A DNA stretch of 63,794 nt, filler included, from Reticulomyxa filosa (GCA_000512085.1; 17 parts of 17 records of this genome joined end to end with filler, not necessarily neighbours in it), one strand, 5' to 3'; numbered from the whole stretch's first letter, positions 1-14,114 are shown. The notes: a model not told the origin generated them from the sequence alone. Numbers and translations are program-made.

Positions 1-687
1 TTCTTTGCATTTCTATTATTTCTTTTCATTCAAAGCGAGAGTATTTTCGTTTTGTCGTGAGTTTTCATGTTTTTTAATATAGCTCCCCCTTCCCCAGACT
101 CCTTCATGATTTTTTTTTTTTCTTTTTTTTATTCATAAGTTTATACTATCATTTGCTTGGTTGTTACATTTTTTCCCTCTTTGTGAAGCCGTGCTTCATC
201 CCTTTCTCGTTTTGAAGATACATTTGTAAGCGTGTTTGCTTCGATTGCAAGAGTACGCTTCAAAAAATGAGGTGGGTTTTTTGTTGTGAAAACCTGTTTT
301 GAATATCTTGTACTTTTCCGTTAGGAACAACTTCGGTTGCAAAAAAACAACGTCGATTTGCGTCTTTTTTTTGGTCGCACGTTTTCCCAAAATGCAGCTA
401 TTTAGAAACACAATAATTTTTATTCTGTACAACTTCTATCTCGATATCATTGAAATTCTTTCATCTTCATCTCAGCAACAAACATCAAACTTATTTGTGA
501 GATTAGTTGGCCAAAAAAAAAGTGAAATTAAAGACAAAATTTGGCATGCATTTTTGTATGATAGTACACGTACACGTTCAAAAATAAATAAATAAAATGT
601 CTTCTACTTGAAAATTTGCTCCTTAGGTTGATTTTGTTTTGCTTGAAAAACTTTCGAGGGTCCACTAAAGGGATATCCAGTTCAACG

Positions 688-3600
688 ATGGATGAACAAA
701 GTAAAAAAGTAATATGTTTTGACGATGAGTCTATTGCTTCTTTGGAATCGAAATTCGCGTCTGTATTGGTGATATCTTCTCTATTGCAGAAAGTTTTGTT
801 GGAACTTGTCTAGAACAACAGATGGATTTTTTATAAAACTAAGTGTGTTCTTTTGTTTGGAAACAATAGCGCAATGTTCCATTAACTCTCGCGACATTGA
901 AGCATCAAGTCCAGCAAATGTGCAAAGACAAGGAAAAAGGTGTATTAGAATTAAGTGATATGGAATGTTTTGTGTCGATACTACCCAAAGTGTGCACATT
1001 GAAAACAATTCAAACTTTGGAAAAAAGTGAAACTGTGTTGCATTTTAAGTCGTCGATAACGCCAACCTCTATTGGAAAATTGATAACTCAATTTCGAAAA
1101 AAGATAGCCCTGTACCATGAAAAAGCAAAGCAAAAAGACGACAAAGACAAGGAAAACGAAAAGGAAAATGAAAATGACAAAGAAAAAGAAATTGGAAGCA
1201 AAAACAAACGAAAGTATCCATTTTCACAAGATGAAAAGGACGAAAGTGAAATATATTCAGAAAAAAAGAGATCGAGAAAATTTGTGGTAGAAATCCCAAT
1301 CCAAAAAATGGAAGAAGTGGAAGCATCAACGCAAAATAAAAAACAGGAAAAATTGATCACAAAGGAAGAAATGAAAGATTTTAAGATTGAAGATTTTGTG
1401 AAAGAGTGTGAAAAGTTTAAGTTTTACAAAAAGGGTTGCATTGCCAACTATTACATGATTCCAAGTAAATCTCCAGAATTTGAAGACTTGGATGCTCTGC
1501 TATCGACAACGACACCCACCGCAACACAAATTCCATTGCAACTCAAAAATGCATTGTATCAATGGAAGCGCATTGACACGCGACGCTTGTACAAGCATCA
1601 ATGCAAAGCCATTGCTTCCATTTTTCAAGGTCTTCATTGCATTATTGCCACAACTACGTCCAGTGGCAAGTCGCTATGCTATTGCATCCCGGCGTTATCA
1701 CACATTATTCGCACAAATTTGTCGAGCAAAGTGCTGCTTTTGTTTCCAACCAAAGCATTGGCACAAGATCAATTAAAAAGTCTGAGAGAATTAATTCACT
1801 TGACTGGTCGGTGACGTGTATATATACACATATATATGTATATATATATTTTTTTTTTTGCTCATTTTAATATATTATGTATCCATGATAATTATATATA
1901 TATATTTACTCATATATTCATTTGTTTATATATTCGGACTCTACAAAAAAAGGACTGGAAATCAAGTGCAACACCTACGATGGAGACACTGCTTTTTTTG
2001 AGAGAGACACGATTTTGAAGGAGAGTCACATTGTGTTGAGTAATCCCGATATGATCCACCATACGCTGCTGCCAAATTATAAAAAATACGCACACTCATT
2101 TTTCCAATATTTGTCCTTTGTCATTTTGGATGAATGCCATTGCTACCACAGCGTCTTTGGCTCACATGTTTGCAACGTATTGAAGAGATTGAAGCGGATT
2201 GTTAATGAAGCAAAGCTGGGCAATGTGGCCACCTGTCTCAATGACAAAAAAACGGTACCATTGCAATTTATTGGATGTTCCGCAACCATTGGTAATCCTT
2301 TGGAGCATTTCAGCCATTTGATTGGATTTCATCCCTCCCAAATTTGTTCGATTGGAAGTGAAGATAACACAAGTGGTCATTGCAATAAATTGATTGTGTT
2401 TTGGAACCCACCATCGATTTTGGCTGCGCGATCAACGAAACAAAAACCGATATTGGAACAAGTGTCAGAGATACAACAAACAGAGTCATTAGCACAAGTG
2501 CAAGTAGAAGCACAGAAACAAAAGAAGAAAAAGAAAAGGGATCAAAATGTTACATCGGAAATGGAGACAGTGGACAAGGATACACAAACGTCTGTTGTGT
2601 TTGGCAAACGAAAAACCAAAGAATTGAATGAAGCAAATTTTATGCAAAATCGAAGACGCAGTGCGTTGATGGACTCAGCATTGCTATTTTCTCAAATAAT
2701 TGTTTGTAAAAAATATCAGTGTTTGTTGTTTTGCAAGACAAGAAAAGTTTGTGAATTGGTTCATAAGAACTCATTGGATCTAATGCAAAACATTTGGAGT
2801 GATGCCAAGTACTTGATACGTTGTTATCGAGGAGGGTATTTGAAACATATTCGAAGAGAAATTGAAAAACAATTATTTAATGGACAAATCCTTGGTGTTG
2901 TTGCAACTAATGCTCTGGAATTGGGAATTGATATTGGACATTTGAAAGTTACTTTGCATACTGGCTATCCTGGATTGGCTTCCTTGTGGCAACAAATGGG
3001 TCGCTGTGGACGTTACAATGGAAGTAATGAATATAGTTTATCCATATTTGTTGCTTATCCAGAATCTCCTTTGGATCAATATATTGTCAATTGTCCAGAC
3101 ATGTTATTTCAGGGGAAGCATGAAAAAGTGGTTATCAGTCCTTTCAATAATAATATTTTGAAAGAACATATTTTGTGTGCAATTGGAGATGAATCTCTGG
3201 ATACACAAACACTGTATCATTATTGGAACAATGATGGCAACGGCAGTGGTGATGAAAACAGAAAACAAGAGATAAATAAAAAATTGGATGACGCTTTAAT
3301 GGAATTGACAGAAGAACACAAAATTGAATGGAATGAAAAATTCAAACTTTGGACATTGACAGACACTTTTATTTCAAGTATTGCGCAAAAAAATATTTGA
3401 ACAACGAGAAAAAAAAGGAGGTGGTGATAATATTCCCAATTTTGGCTCGACACTTCATCCCTCTCATCTCTGTGATATTCGGAACATTGGTAAAGATTTT
3501 CGTACATTTATTGTCAGGATGATTGATACTGGATTGTGCATTGATGAAATGCCAGAGCGAAACGCTTATTTTGCTGTTTATGAGGGAGCTATTTACTTAA

Positions 3601-4349
3601 ACAGTGGTCGTGAATACCTTGTCAAATCTTTGGACCTTGAAAGTGCAGAAGCATGGGTCGAAGAATTGATCAAGGAGAGTGAGTACTACACCAAAACTCG
3701 AGATCGAACGGATATTGTCATAAACAATTGCTTGTCCTCAAAGTATAATAATACTTTACACTATGGTAATGTTTCCATTACAACGGTAATTTTTGGATTT
3801 TGGATGATCAACAAAAAGACAAGACAGCATAAAAATGGCCCAAGCCTTCGATTACCTAAATTATGTATCCGTACGAAAGCGTTTTGGATTGATATTCCTG
3901 CTTCAATTGTTGATGATTTCACCAATACAAAAGAATGCATTACTAGTTCGTGTCATGCAATATCTCATGCTCTCATTTCTGTTCTGCCTTTGTTTGTTCA
4001 GTGCACCGAATCATGGTTTGATACGGAGTGCCCCAATCCTTTTGATACTAGGCAAAGATTACCCAAAATTATTATTAGTGAAACTGTCGAAAATGGGATT
4101 GGAACTGTTGAAGAGCTTACTAATTCCCTTTGCCATTCTCCTTCTAATTCCAATTCGAACGTATCTTCGGGATACGAATTAGTATTTGAGGTCATGAAAA
4201 AAACTTACGACGTCATTCAAAAATGTCCGTGTACAACCGGATGTCCTCTTTGTATTCATTCTCATACCTGTCATGAATACAACATGATGTCTTCAAAAAG
4301 TGGCAGTCTGTTGTTGCTACAGTTGCTATTAAAGCATTTTAGTGTGTGA
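688..4349 (+). CDS. HRQ1: Hrq1/RecQ4-like (DUF1998, MrfA/YprA family) DEAH-box helicase; introns 793-869 and 1807-1952; apparent frameshift in A7 run at ~3387-3393
   Basis: Motif I TTTSSGKS, Ia FPTKALAQDQ, Ib SNPDMIH, II LDECH, III SATIGNP, YRGGY, V ATNALELGIDIG, VI QQMGRCGR, VYEGAIYL and C-terminal CPCTTGCPLC zinc cluster. GT-AG introns restore the frame across the ORF-track pieces. Confidence 0.93.
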
Positions 4350-4741
4350 TTTTCGAGTTTAAAGTTGCCAATAATGGTAAACTTTAATCATATTCATGAC
4401 ATTTTATTGCGTTCCCTTGTTTGTGAAAATGAAATATTGATGATTTTGTGCAATCTATTTAAAGTATTGGTTGGCGGGTCAAACACTTTACATATTTTTT
4501 CTTTCGCTTGGAAAATATTGTCAATTTTCATACACCTTTAAATACTAAGCGACAAATTTTTTTTTGATCAATAGTGGGAATAAATACCAAAAGTCTTTAA
4601 AGTGAATTTAGAGATGTTTTTGATCTCAAAAAAGTTGAAACAAAAATCTAATCAGACACTGAAATACTTCACCTTGCACTCATTTTCCCAACAGAGCCCA
4701 ACAAACGAAAGCCCCTTGACAGTGAAAATATCGAAGCAGTA

Positions 4742-6119
4742 TCATGGGGTTGTGATGTCAGTATCGCGTTCAGAAGCGGATCCATCGGATAATATCTTAA
4801 TACGATACACAGAAACATACCTCGACTCGGGGTTTGCAACAGCAATCACCCTAACGACGTCAAAGTCAAAATCCTCCGGATTTTGGTCAGTTAAATTAAC
4901 GGAGAGTGTTGATTCTTCACTTGGCATGTCCCATTCACCCAAAGTCACGAAATATTCGTCTTTAAATTTTTTGGCCTAGAAAAGAAAAATAAAAACAATC
5001 TCAAAAATTTGTAGCACTCTTTTTTTTTCGGAGACATACCATTACGGCAAAATAAATGGGCTTGGCGAGTTTCATTGCGTCGGTTTTCAAATGTGTTTGT
5101 GAAATGTGTGTATATTCAAAACGTGTGGGAATCAATCTCTGCGATAATTCAATATCAACATAAGGCCGTTCTTCATTAATCATGAATAAGCAGTCACTGA
5201 TAGGCAAGTCATCACTCTCCAGTTCGTTTTTCATAAATAAGTCCACTTCGGGTAATGTTCGTGACTTAGTGTTTTCAGGAGCTATTACTTTTAGCACCGA
5301 CAACAAATCATTTTCATCATTCAGCAAACGGCTTGTTCCAACCAATCGAAAGGCACGATTGACAGGACGGCGCAATTCTTTGTAAACCAAATCTTTTATT
5401 TTTTTGATTTGCTCGTCGGTTGCTGCTGTCGGAGGAACTTCATTTGTAGCAGTTGATTTGTTAATCAGTTGAGAAATTAATTCGTTAACTCGGTTATTCA
5501 TTTCCTGTAATCACAATAAATCATTTTTTGTTGGGTGAGACGTTTCTCTTTTCAAAAAAGTGAAAAAGTCCGAAAATAGTACAGTTTACCTTGACTTGAT
5601 CAAAAACTACGAGATGCTCACTTCTTGCTATATAAAGTATGATTGCGGCGAGTACAACGAGAACTAAGACTGAAAGACCCGACAACCAATGCTTTATAAA
5701 GTTCTCAGTCGGAGAAAAGCCGAGCCGCTGATGACCAAGATCTGGAGGAATCGTTTCACTCATACCAGGTCCTCCAGAATGGAAACCTGTGCGCTTTCCA
5801 GGAGCGTTAGGTGCTCCGGTTGCTTTTGCACCTTTCACTGGCTTCAGTACTCCAGGTTCTGGAATTGGTGTTATTTGTCTATTCAAATAAATCAATATCT
5901 CAAAAAGAGGCCAGTTCTTTTATTTTTATTTTTAATTTAACTGCATTTGAGGAACACTGTGGCCAGAAGCAAAAGCTGTTGTCACAAAGAAAGCGCATAC
6001 GATTGTTTTTCTCCCAATCAAAAAAGTCAAGTGTAAAACAAAAAGTTCTCACTTGTCTCGGGAACAAAGCTGCGATTTTCACTGAACGTCTCATTGTTTA
6101 TTTGATCAACGCTGGTCAT
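4742..6119 (-). CDS. SUN-domain (Sad1/UNC-84) inner nuclear membrane protein, multi-exon
   Basis: TM segment WLSGLSVLVLVVLAAIILYIA, then helical region, then PISDCLFM...YVDIELSQRLIPTRFEYTHIS...KPIYFAV and C-terminal YVSVYRIKI. These match the SUN consensus PGxCW...LxxxIxPxxFxLEHI...PKDFxV...YTCLYRxRVHG. Start exon tentative. Confidence 0.65.
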
Positions 6120-6811
6120 CGAATGTCTGTGGGGCGGAGGCAAATCTATGCAGGCAATGCGATAATTTTTTTAGCTTGTTTCAAAGAGATTTGACAAAAC
6201 AAGCGTATATTAAACAACTCACTTCGAGACGCAGCATATTGACGTCTGTCCTCCATTACTCGCAGATAGGCAGCCCGACTGAAGCTCTGTTTTTTTGAAT
6301 TTTTGGTATTAAAAATTGTGAGAGCAAAAAAACAAAAGAATTTGTAACAAATCCGTCAGCATGGATATCAGCAAGTGGTAGATCATTGAAGCCCTGTTTT
6401 TTTGTGTTACAAGCCGTGTTGTAGTTACGTTTTCGCGTTTGTTTGTGAATATCATTACCCAGGCTCCAACATATTGAGTTTCTTTGATCGGTTTTTTATT
6501 TGACATTGCGATTGCTATACTTTGTTGAAGGAAAAGATGAAATCTCTGATCACTTTAAAAACTTTAAAAGGGGGGGTCCTATTTCAAAAATTGGATATTT
6601 TTTAATTGAAATTGCTGCATGGTCTTAAACACCTTTTTGTTTGTGTTATGATAGTGGAAGACAAAGTTAACTGATTTTTTTACGTGCTTATTGTAATAAA
6701 AAAATTGCAAAAGTAACTTGAACTTTAAGCACGAAATGAAATCGTCAAACAGCACCAAACTAGGCTGTTAAAATTGCGTGAAATTTGTCAAAGAGGGGAA
6801 AAAAGCACTGT

Positions 6812-8100
6812 TTACGTGTCCACATCCATTGGTTCACTTTGTCGTGTAACATCATTGCCTTTGTTTGAGCTTTCATTTTTTTGGTCAGAGGGTTGTGTTT
6901 GCGAGTCTTCATCTCCTTCGACAACTTTTACATATTTTTCCAATTCTTCATCCTTCAAATGACGAAGTTCGGTACCTTTTCCAACAACCATGACGCTAGT
7001 GTTTTCTGTAGTGAGTTTCAAGTTCTTGGTGCGTACGGTTTCCTTCAACGCTTGCACACCATGTTGTATCAATTGTTCAGCGGTTACCCCTGGGAAACTC
7101 TGTGTGTTAAAAAAAATTTTAAAAAATGAAAAATATTGTAACAAGAAGAAAAAAAACGAGGCTTCTTTTCTTGTCTGCAAAACTTCGAAGTGTTTTTCCA
7201 AATATGTTTTTGCAGCTTGATTTCTGGCTCCAATGGAATGGCCCCAATATTCAAAGTATTGTCCTGCAGGATCCGTTTCAAACAAATGAGGCCCTACCTC
7301 GTCGTAACCAATCACCAGTAAACCTGCGCCATAAGGCCGACCAGATGAAATTTGTGTCTGTAATTGTGTTAGTATTTGTAAATGAACGCAGTTCAATTGC
7401 AAACTGCCAATGATAGAATTTTTTTTGATAAAAAAAAATCAAGGCTAATATGTGGGTTCGCTTCCCCAACTAAATTGTCTCTTATAACAAAACTAGTTGT
7501 TAAAGCAAGTTAGAAACAAAGATACAAAAATTCTAATCCGTGAACAACTGACTTGCACTTGCATTTTATCGGCCACTTGAATTACTAATCTTTGAATGGG
7601 CATATCTTTGTTGAACACGTATCTGTTAACATATTTACAAAAAAAAAAGATTGTACGTACATCAAGCCAAACAAGAGAATGAAAATTCTGTCCATTCCTT
7701 GTCCCTCTCTCTTTGTCTTTTTTTTTTGCCAATTGTTTTTCTTGATAAAAAAAAATTATGGCAAAAAAAAAAATTTAAAAAGATGACCAGTTGAAAAAAA
7801 TTTCGAAACGTGCCTGTAGTTGAGCGTTTCTTGCATCATATACTTGCAAAGTCTTCTACCATCTGAGATAAGGCCACTCACACCAATTGCCATATGTTTA
7901 TCGATCTTAAATAATTTTTCTTGATGTTCAGCCAAATCACTTGGGCTGCGACGCAACCCAACTAACACTGCATGAGTGTTACTTCGTAATCCCAACACAA
8001 CGGAACCTTGATCGACTGCACTGCATGCATACTCCAATTGATGCAAACGACCTGCAGGGCTCCATGTTGTTACATCATTGTCATACTGAGATTTGTACAT
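6812..8100 (-). CDS. PSMA1: 20S proteasome subunit alpha-6 (PSMA1/Pre5), 3 introns
   Basis: N-terminal signature MYKSQYDNDVTTWSPAGRLHQLEYA; GRPYGAGLLVIGYDEVGPHLFETDPAG; SIGARNQAAKTYLEK. Confidence 0.96.
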
Positions 8101-8643
8101 ATCTTTCTTTTGTTGATCTCAGCCAAAAAAAACAAAGCCACTATTTTTTGTTTCTGCGTTCCTTGCTACGTGGTGTTTTCTTGTGGAACACCAGCACGTT
8201 TTGTTGATATCATTTGGTTAAATGAATCAAAAATTATTGTCTTTTGTTGATATTTCTTGACAATCATTAAAGATCTAAACGCATTTTGATGTAGATTAGA
8301 TCAATATCATCTTAGCATCGTTGTAGGCTATAATTAAAATCATGCTTATTTAAAGATTATCAGTATGGTAGAATTACATATTTGTTTTAGAGTTTGGACA
8401 GCGAAGGGTAAAGAAAAACATCAACAGTGACATTTGAATAACAAAATTTTGCCAATCCAGTCAGGGGCATGAGTGAAATGCCCAGTAGTAATGGCAAAAA
8501 AAAAACACACAAATGTTGAAACACCACAATACGCTCTGTTCCTGCATTAGTGTCTATTTGAACCGACATAAACATGATAAGAATAGATCGTGCGACAAAA
8601 AAAAACAGAAACACAAACTCCAGGTTTCATCTTGTTCAAAAGG

Positions 8644-10552
8644 TTACTTGTAATGCCAATATTTGGTAAACCAATCGCCAATGAATTCTTCGTTTTCTTC
8701 TAGCTTTACCATAATTTCAACTCCCATTAATTTCCACGTAAACGCTTCAATGACATCACCAAAGTTGACAACGTAATCCCAGACCATGTATTCATTTATT
8801 ATCATGGAGGGTGAGATATCATCACTGTAGAAAAGAACAAGGCAAAACAAACAAGTATTTTATTTATTTATTTATTTTTTTTTTTTTTTTTGTATTTGCC
8901 ATAAAATGAATATTGCTTTTTTTTTTATGTGTGAGCGTTCCAATACACAAAAACATTTTCCACATACAATGACTGGCTTTCATTAACGGCACTTGGCATG
9001 TGACTTTGAGGTGTGTTGTCCCTAACAAACAAGCTTCCACGAATGCCAGGTCGAGAGTTTTTTCGAACAGGGATGTACAAGTTTTCGAAGAACACCATCA
9101 AAAAGCGATACATACTCGCGGAGATGATGCGATTTGAATGGGTAGCGATTTCAAAATCGTGTGCATCATTATCCGTTTCAAAGGCATCTCGAAAGCCAGC
9201 TGGAGCAGCGCAACTCTTGAGTATGTCTATTAAAGTAGTTGCCGGCAAAAAAGTTTCAAACAAATTTTTTCCGTCAATGAAATCTCTACCCAAATCCAAT
9301 GACGTGGAAGAGTTTTGTCGCCATTGTCGTTTGCTTTGTTTGTTGAAATATTCATTTCTTCGTTGGACTATCTCTTGTTTCCAAACTGCTTTTAAATCGT
9401 TCAGCGTGGCAAGCACTTTTTCAATTTCCTCAGCCTTGCTAAAGTCTCGATAACTGTTGGAGTTAGGATGATAAGAAGAGGAAACAACAACAAAAAAAGA
9501 TAAACAATTTGTTATATATTTGCAATGGACATATATACATATATGTGTATATGTGTTGTTTGTCTAACTAGTCAATCAACGTAGCCATAAATAAACTAGC
9601 AATGATAATGACCATAGCAACCCAGAATGAGACAAAATAAAGCACAATGGTGAAGTGATACAAAGGATTATCAATTTGCTTCAAGACACCGAACAAAACG
9701 GGGGTCCATGAATCGGCACCCCCTGCCACACCCACGTAAAGAGTCATCCAGGCATGGAACACGTCTTGGAAAAACAAAGCCGGATTTTGAAGTAAATCGA
9801 GATACGTGTCGAATTTCGAACTCTTTTCGTGGTATGAAACGTGCGGGTCCTGATTGATCAAAGCGACTCCGAAAACGGCAAACACGAATATAATCAAGAA
9901 TGAAAATATGAACAAGTAAAATAACTTGGGGGCACACCACACCAATATTTCCCAAATTTTGCGAAATTCGCCGATGACAAGCAGAAATCGGAACAGCATT
10001 AGCATGCTGAAAGGGAGCATGACACCGTTATTCCACGCCATCGACAGCCAACTCAACAAGACGATTCCAGAGCAGACCCGATACGAATTCAGCGAAAAGT
10101 AGTAGCGATATCCAAATGCGATTAGTTTCAAAATGACCTCTATGGTAAATATGGTCATCAAAATGATGCAACACAAATTCGCAGGATAAAACGCATCTTT
10201 TCCAGGTCTATTGTGGCCAATCATTAAAATCACATTGTTATGAGCAGACATCATTACATTTGCTTATCTGTCTGTTCGTTAAAAAAAAAAAAAAAAAAAA
10301 AAGCAGTTATTGATGGCTGTCGTAGCAGTTAGGTACTCAACTCAAAGTTTGGCCAATACGGCAATGAACATACAATCGCGTTTGCAACGATACACGCAAA
10401 GATAAACCAATGAAACTCTTTGGACTGAACGAATCGGAAACACTTTTCTGAAATGGAATTGGTTGGCAATGGATGCAAGCGACATCCGCGTCGCCGGAAA
10501 ATTTCCAGAAATTTGTGAATTTGTTGCAAGTTTTTATGCGCGTCAACGTTCA
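8644..10552 (-). CDS. Voltage-gated Ca/Na-type cation channel, last repeat plus cytosolic C-terminus (5'-truncated by contig end)
   Basis: Linker/S1 PLPTNSISEKCFRFVQSKEFHWFIFACIVAN; S2 IFTIEVILKLIAFG..YF; S5 IFVFAVFGVAL; pore FQDVFHAWMTLY..DSW; S6 LYFVSFWVAMVIIIASLFMATLID; terminal VNFGDVIEAF. Confidence 0.75.
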
Positions 10553-10652
10553 NNNNNNNNNNNNNNNNNNNNNNNNNNNNNNNNNNNNNNNNNNNNTTAA
10601 TTAATTAANNNNNNNNNNNNNNNNNNNNNNNNNNNNNNNNNNNNNNNNNNNN
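10553..10652. other. Artificial contig linker (44N-TTAATTAATTAA-44N). Also at 13944, 15070, 16343, 23955, 26687, 32789, 40649, 42925, 44114, 49451, 51639, 55306, 56411, 60688, 62271
   Basis: Identical 100-nt spacer occurs 16 times; the core places stop codons in all six frames. Confidence 0.99.
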
Positions 10653-10854
10653 TATTTATTTTCCTTTTTATATATTACTTCTTCTTTATTCTAATCTAAA
10701 TCTTTTTCTATATTCATTTACTCTTTCTTTTCGTGATCAGTATCTTGTTCTTTCACCTTTTAATCAATCACTGCCATATTCATTTTCACTAACTTTGTAT
10801 TTGCATATTTTTCCTTTAATACATCTTTTTAAAATGATTTCTTCCATAATTTGT

Positions 10855-10965
10855 TATAATTCCAAGAATTTTACACATTACCGATCTTTGGATTTTGTTA
10901 AGATGTCGTTTATGTAATTCAGCTGCATCATTCCAGAACGTATATGCAATTCCAATGATTGCCTA
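10855..10965 (-). pseudogene. Decayed non-LTR retrotransposon fragment (post-RT/thumb region)
   Basis: Minus-strand translation IAYTFWNDAAELHKRHLNKIQRSVMCKILGI resembles the LINE ORF2 segment xEYxxxxW...LExIQxxxxxxILG. Flanks are stop-riddled. Confidence 0.35.
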
Positions 10966-13900
10966 ATTATTGCTTTGTGCAACTACTTCTTTCACACTTC
11001 TTTCCACTATCTTTTCCCACATATTTCTATCATCTTTTTCTTTTATGTTCTTCAAAAAAACGCAACAAACTCCAACAATACTACGTATACACACATAAAA
11101 TCCAACAAAAAAGATTATAATTTTTTCGGAATACAATAATCATCATCTGCAGCTTTTAGCTATGTTCCAGAGGGATATTGAGAGGACATACTCATATTCA
11201 CTAAAGTTAAATATCACACTTAAAGATTGACCAACGGGAAAAGTGGATTATTACATACGTTTTTGAGGAGTATGTTATTCGATTTTTTTTTTGGTGAAGA
11301 TGTCGCTTAACAAAAAATTTACGACGTCAATTTCATGAAATATATATCATACAATTTCTTATATTAAAATACATTCATAATATAAATATATTTTTTTTGT
11401 TAATGATTGTGAAAAATATTGAGTATTTTTTTCGAAAATTTTAAGCTGCTTTATTAACGTAGTTTTGCAATTTCAATGAGTGGAAAACTATTATTACATC
11501 TACACTGCTAAAGTTGCAAATTTTACAGTATATTCTCTTGTTTGTAAACAAAAAACCAATTGACAATTATATAAAACACATTAAAGAACGATATTATGAA
11601 AAATTTGTACGTGCAAATAAAATTTTAAATATTCTTATTCACTTTTTATTCTCTTAAAATTTTTTCATTATTAGCAAGTGTCTGTTCATATTTTATTATT
11701 CGTACAAGCTCCAGCATTGCTTCTTTAAATAATTCTATTTTTAACATCTTATAAACCTTGATATTGAAAATTTATAATATTATTAATTTTTCCAACTTTC
11801 AACCATAAACAGTATTAACTTTCTTTTGATTTTTTATTACTGAGCAAATTCAATCTTCAACATATTCATAGAGTCTATTATCTTCTTTGGATAGTTTTGG
11901 AGGCTGTTGTTGTTGAGAAAACCAATTAGTCATATATTTGCTTTATCGATATCAGTTTCGGTAATTGAATCTGTTGCTACATCTTCTTTTCAATTGATGA
12001 AAATTATTGGGTAATTTGTGTAGTTTATTACCCATAATTGTTTATTTCCTTTCCAACTAATTTTTTGTCAGATTGTGGATTTTCTTGTATCAATAACATA
12101 CCGGCTCCAAGATTCTACTACCTGATCTAGAGCATCTGGAGATTTTGGGCTGCATTCATTAATGAATTTGTCCATATTTCTAAATTTTTTGTTAAACATT
12201 GTCAAAATAATTTACAATTATTACTTGATAAGTTCCAAGTGACAATTTTGTCTTTTAATATATGCGGTTGAATAAATGATCAGAATGAGCATCTAATTCA
12301 TAACCATTAGTCCTCCAATTAAGACAAAACCTACTAGTGATAAAGAACATACATAGTGTTATATCAACGTATCATGAAATACAGTAGAATAAAAAAAGTG
12401 CAAAATTCTTATATATAATTTTTAAATTAAAATAATTGTTTTTTCATAAAGAAAATAAATAATTTTCATAAAATGCCGTTTAGTGTTAATTTTATTTTTA
12501 AATGCAATTATAGTATACCAAAAAAAAAAATTATTTATTTTTGCAAAAATAAATGAGGAAAAAATCAAAATAATAATTGAAATTAAAAAAAATTAAATAA
12601 TGAAATATTTGATTTTTTCAAATAGAAAATATATAGAAAATTGATCATCTTCATAATGTGCCAATTTTCAAAGTTAAAAATAAACATTTTTTCAAAATAT
12701 ATGGTAATATTCAAATATACATTGTAGTGATACATGAGTCATAACTGACTCCAGAGTTGTAATAACTCAACTCATCAAACATTCACTCTTTTTATTCTCA
12801 ATTTTCTTATACGTTTAATTTAGCTGAGCTCTCTTTCTTGCATCTCTCTACAACATTTTCAATATTTTATATAATATAATTATCATAAAATAAAAAAAGT
12901 TTATGACGGTGATTAATCTATATACAGTATCCCTATGCCCTGATTAACAACTAGTGGCAGTTTAAAGTTTAACATAGAACCACCAACCCAACCATCCCAC
13001 CATTGCATATTATCGCCATAATATGTAAACTTTAGTGTTCACCTTAAACTGGGGTTATATTATTGACCACCATTTCAATCTATAACAATTTCACACTCAT
13101 CTACCAATCGATAAAGTTTTTCATACATACAATTCTAGGCTTGTATTAAACGTACTCACAAATATCTACAGGAGAGATCATGCAAAACCACTAGTTGATA
13201 CATTATTATGTTAAATGTTATATAGATACTCGAAAATTTTGTTCATGCATCAAACTTTTTTTTAATCAATATAATTTTTTTTTCAATTTTATAAATTACG
13301 TTTTTAGAACGTGATTCCATTTTAGGATCTGATTTTGTTTGTAATTGATTGAAAGAGACCAATATCTTATTTGCGAAATTATTTTTCCAACATTCAAAAC
13401 AATTGAAAGTTGTTAAAAATGGCAAATAATAGCGAGTCAAAACATCATAGCAACATATTTGTTTTCCGATGAAAGGAAGACAAAAACGCAACGAGATTAT
13501 GATTTAAAATGTTCCTCCACGCTTCTAGTAACAAATACAGTAGGCGCAACACCGCCAAGATCAGCTTGCTTTGTTACTTGTACGACTTCAGTCAAATGTT
13601 CATATAGGTCTTGTAACACCGATTCATCGCCTGTGTCAATCACAAAACAAAAAGGGGAGAGGGGGTTGTTATGGTGCTCAGTCTGAGTATATCATATATG
13701 AATTTTTTGCAAGATACAAAGCATGATCAAAACTGTCAATATAAAGTGTCGGTGATAATTGCCGCACCATTGCAGATTTGCCTTTTGGAGTTGTACAAAA
13801 TAATATTCTCTATATTTTTGAAAATGCCCATCACAATGACAAATCATTTCTTTTTTTTTTTTAAATAAAAACATAACATGTTCTTTTAAGCCATAATTTA

Positions 13901-14043
13901 AAATGTCTCTTCATTTTTCTTTTGTTGTTTATATTCTTGCAATNNNNNNNNNNNNNNNNNNNNNNNNNNNNNNNNNNNNNNNNNNNNTTAATTAATTAAN
14001 NNNNNNNNNNNNNNNNNNNNNNNNNNNNNNNNNNNNNNNNNNN

Positions 14044-14114
14044 GCGCCGGTATTTTGCTGGCAGGCGGCCAGCAACATGGCGGAGCACAATGCCAGCCAA
14101 TGAGTTTTATTCAT
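14044..14114 (-). CDS. Bacterial lipoprotein N-terminus (truncated by contig end)
   Basis: MNKTHWLALCSAMLLAACQQNTG with LAAC lipobox; AGGA Shine-Dalgarno in CAGGAACAATT-ATG. Confidence 0.7.

Noticed and set aside
13500-13640. Minus-strand fragment TEVVQVTKQADLGGVAPTVFV resembling a START-domain C-terminus
   Set aside because: Too short and isolated to support a call.
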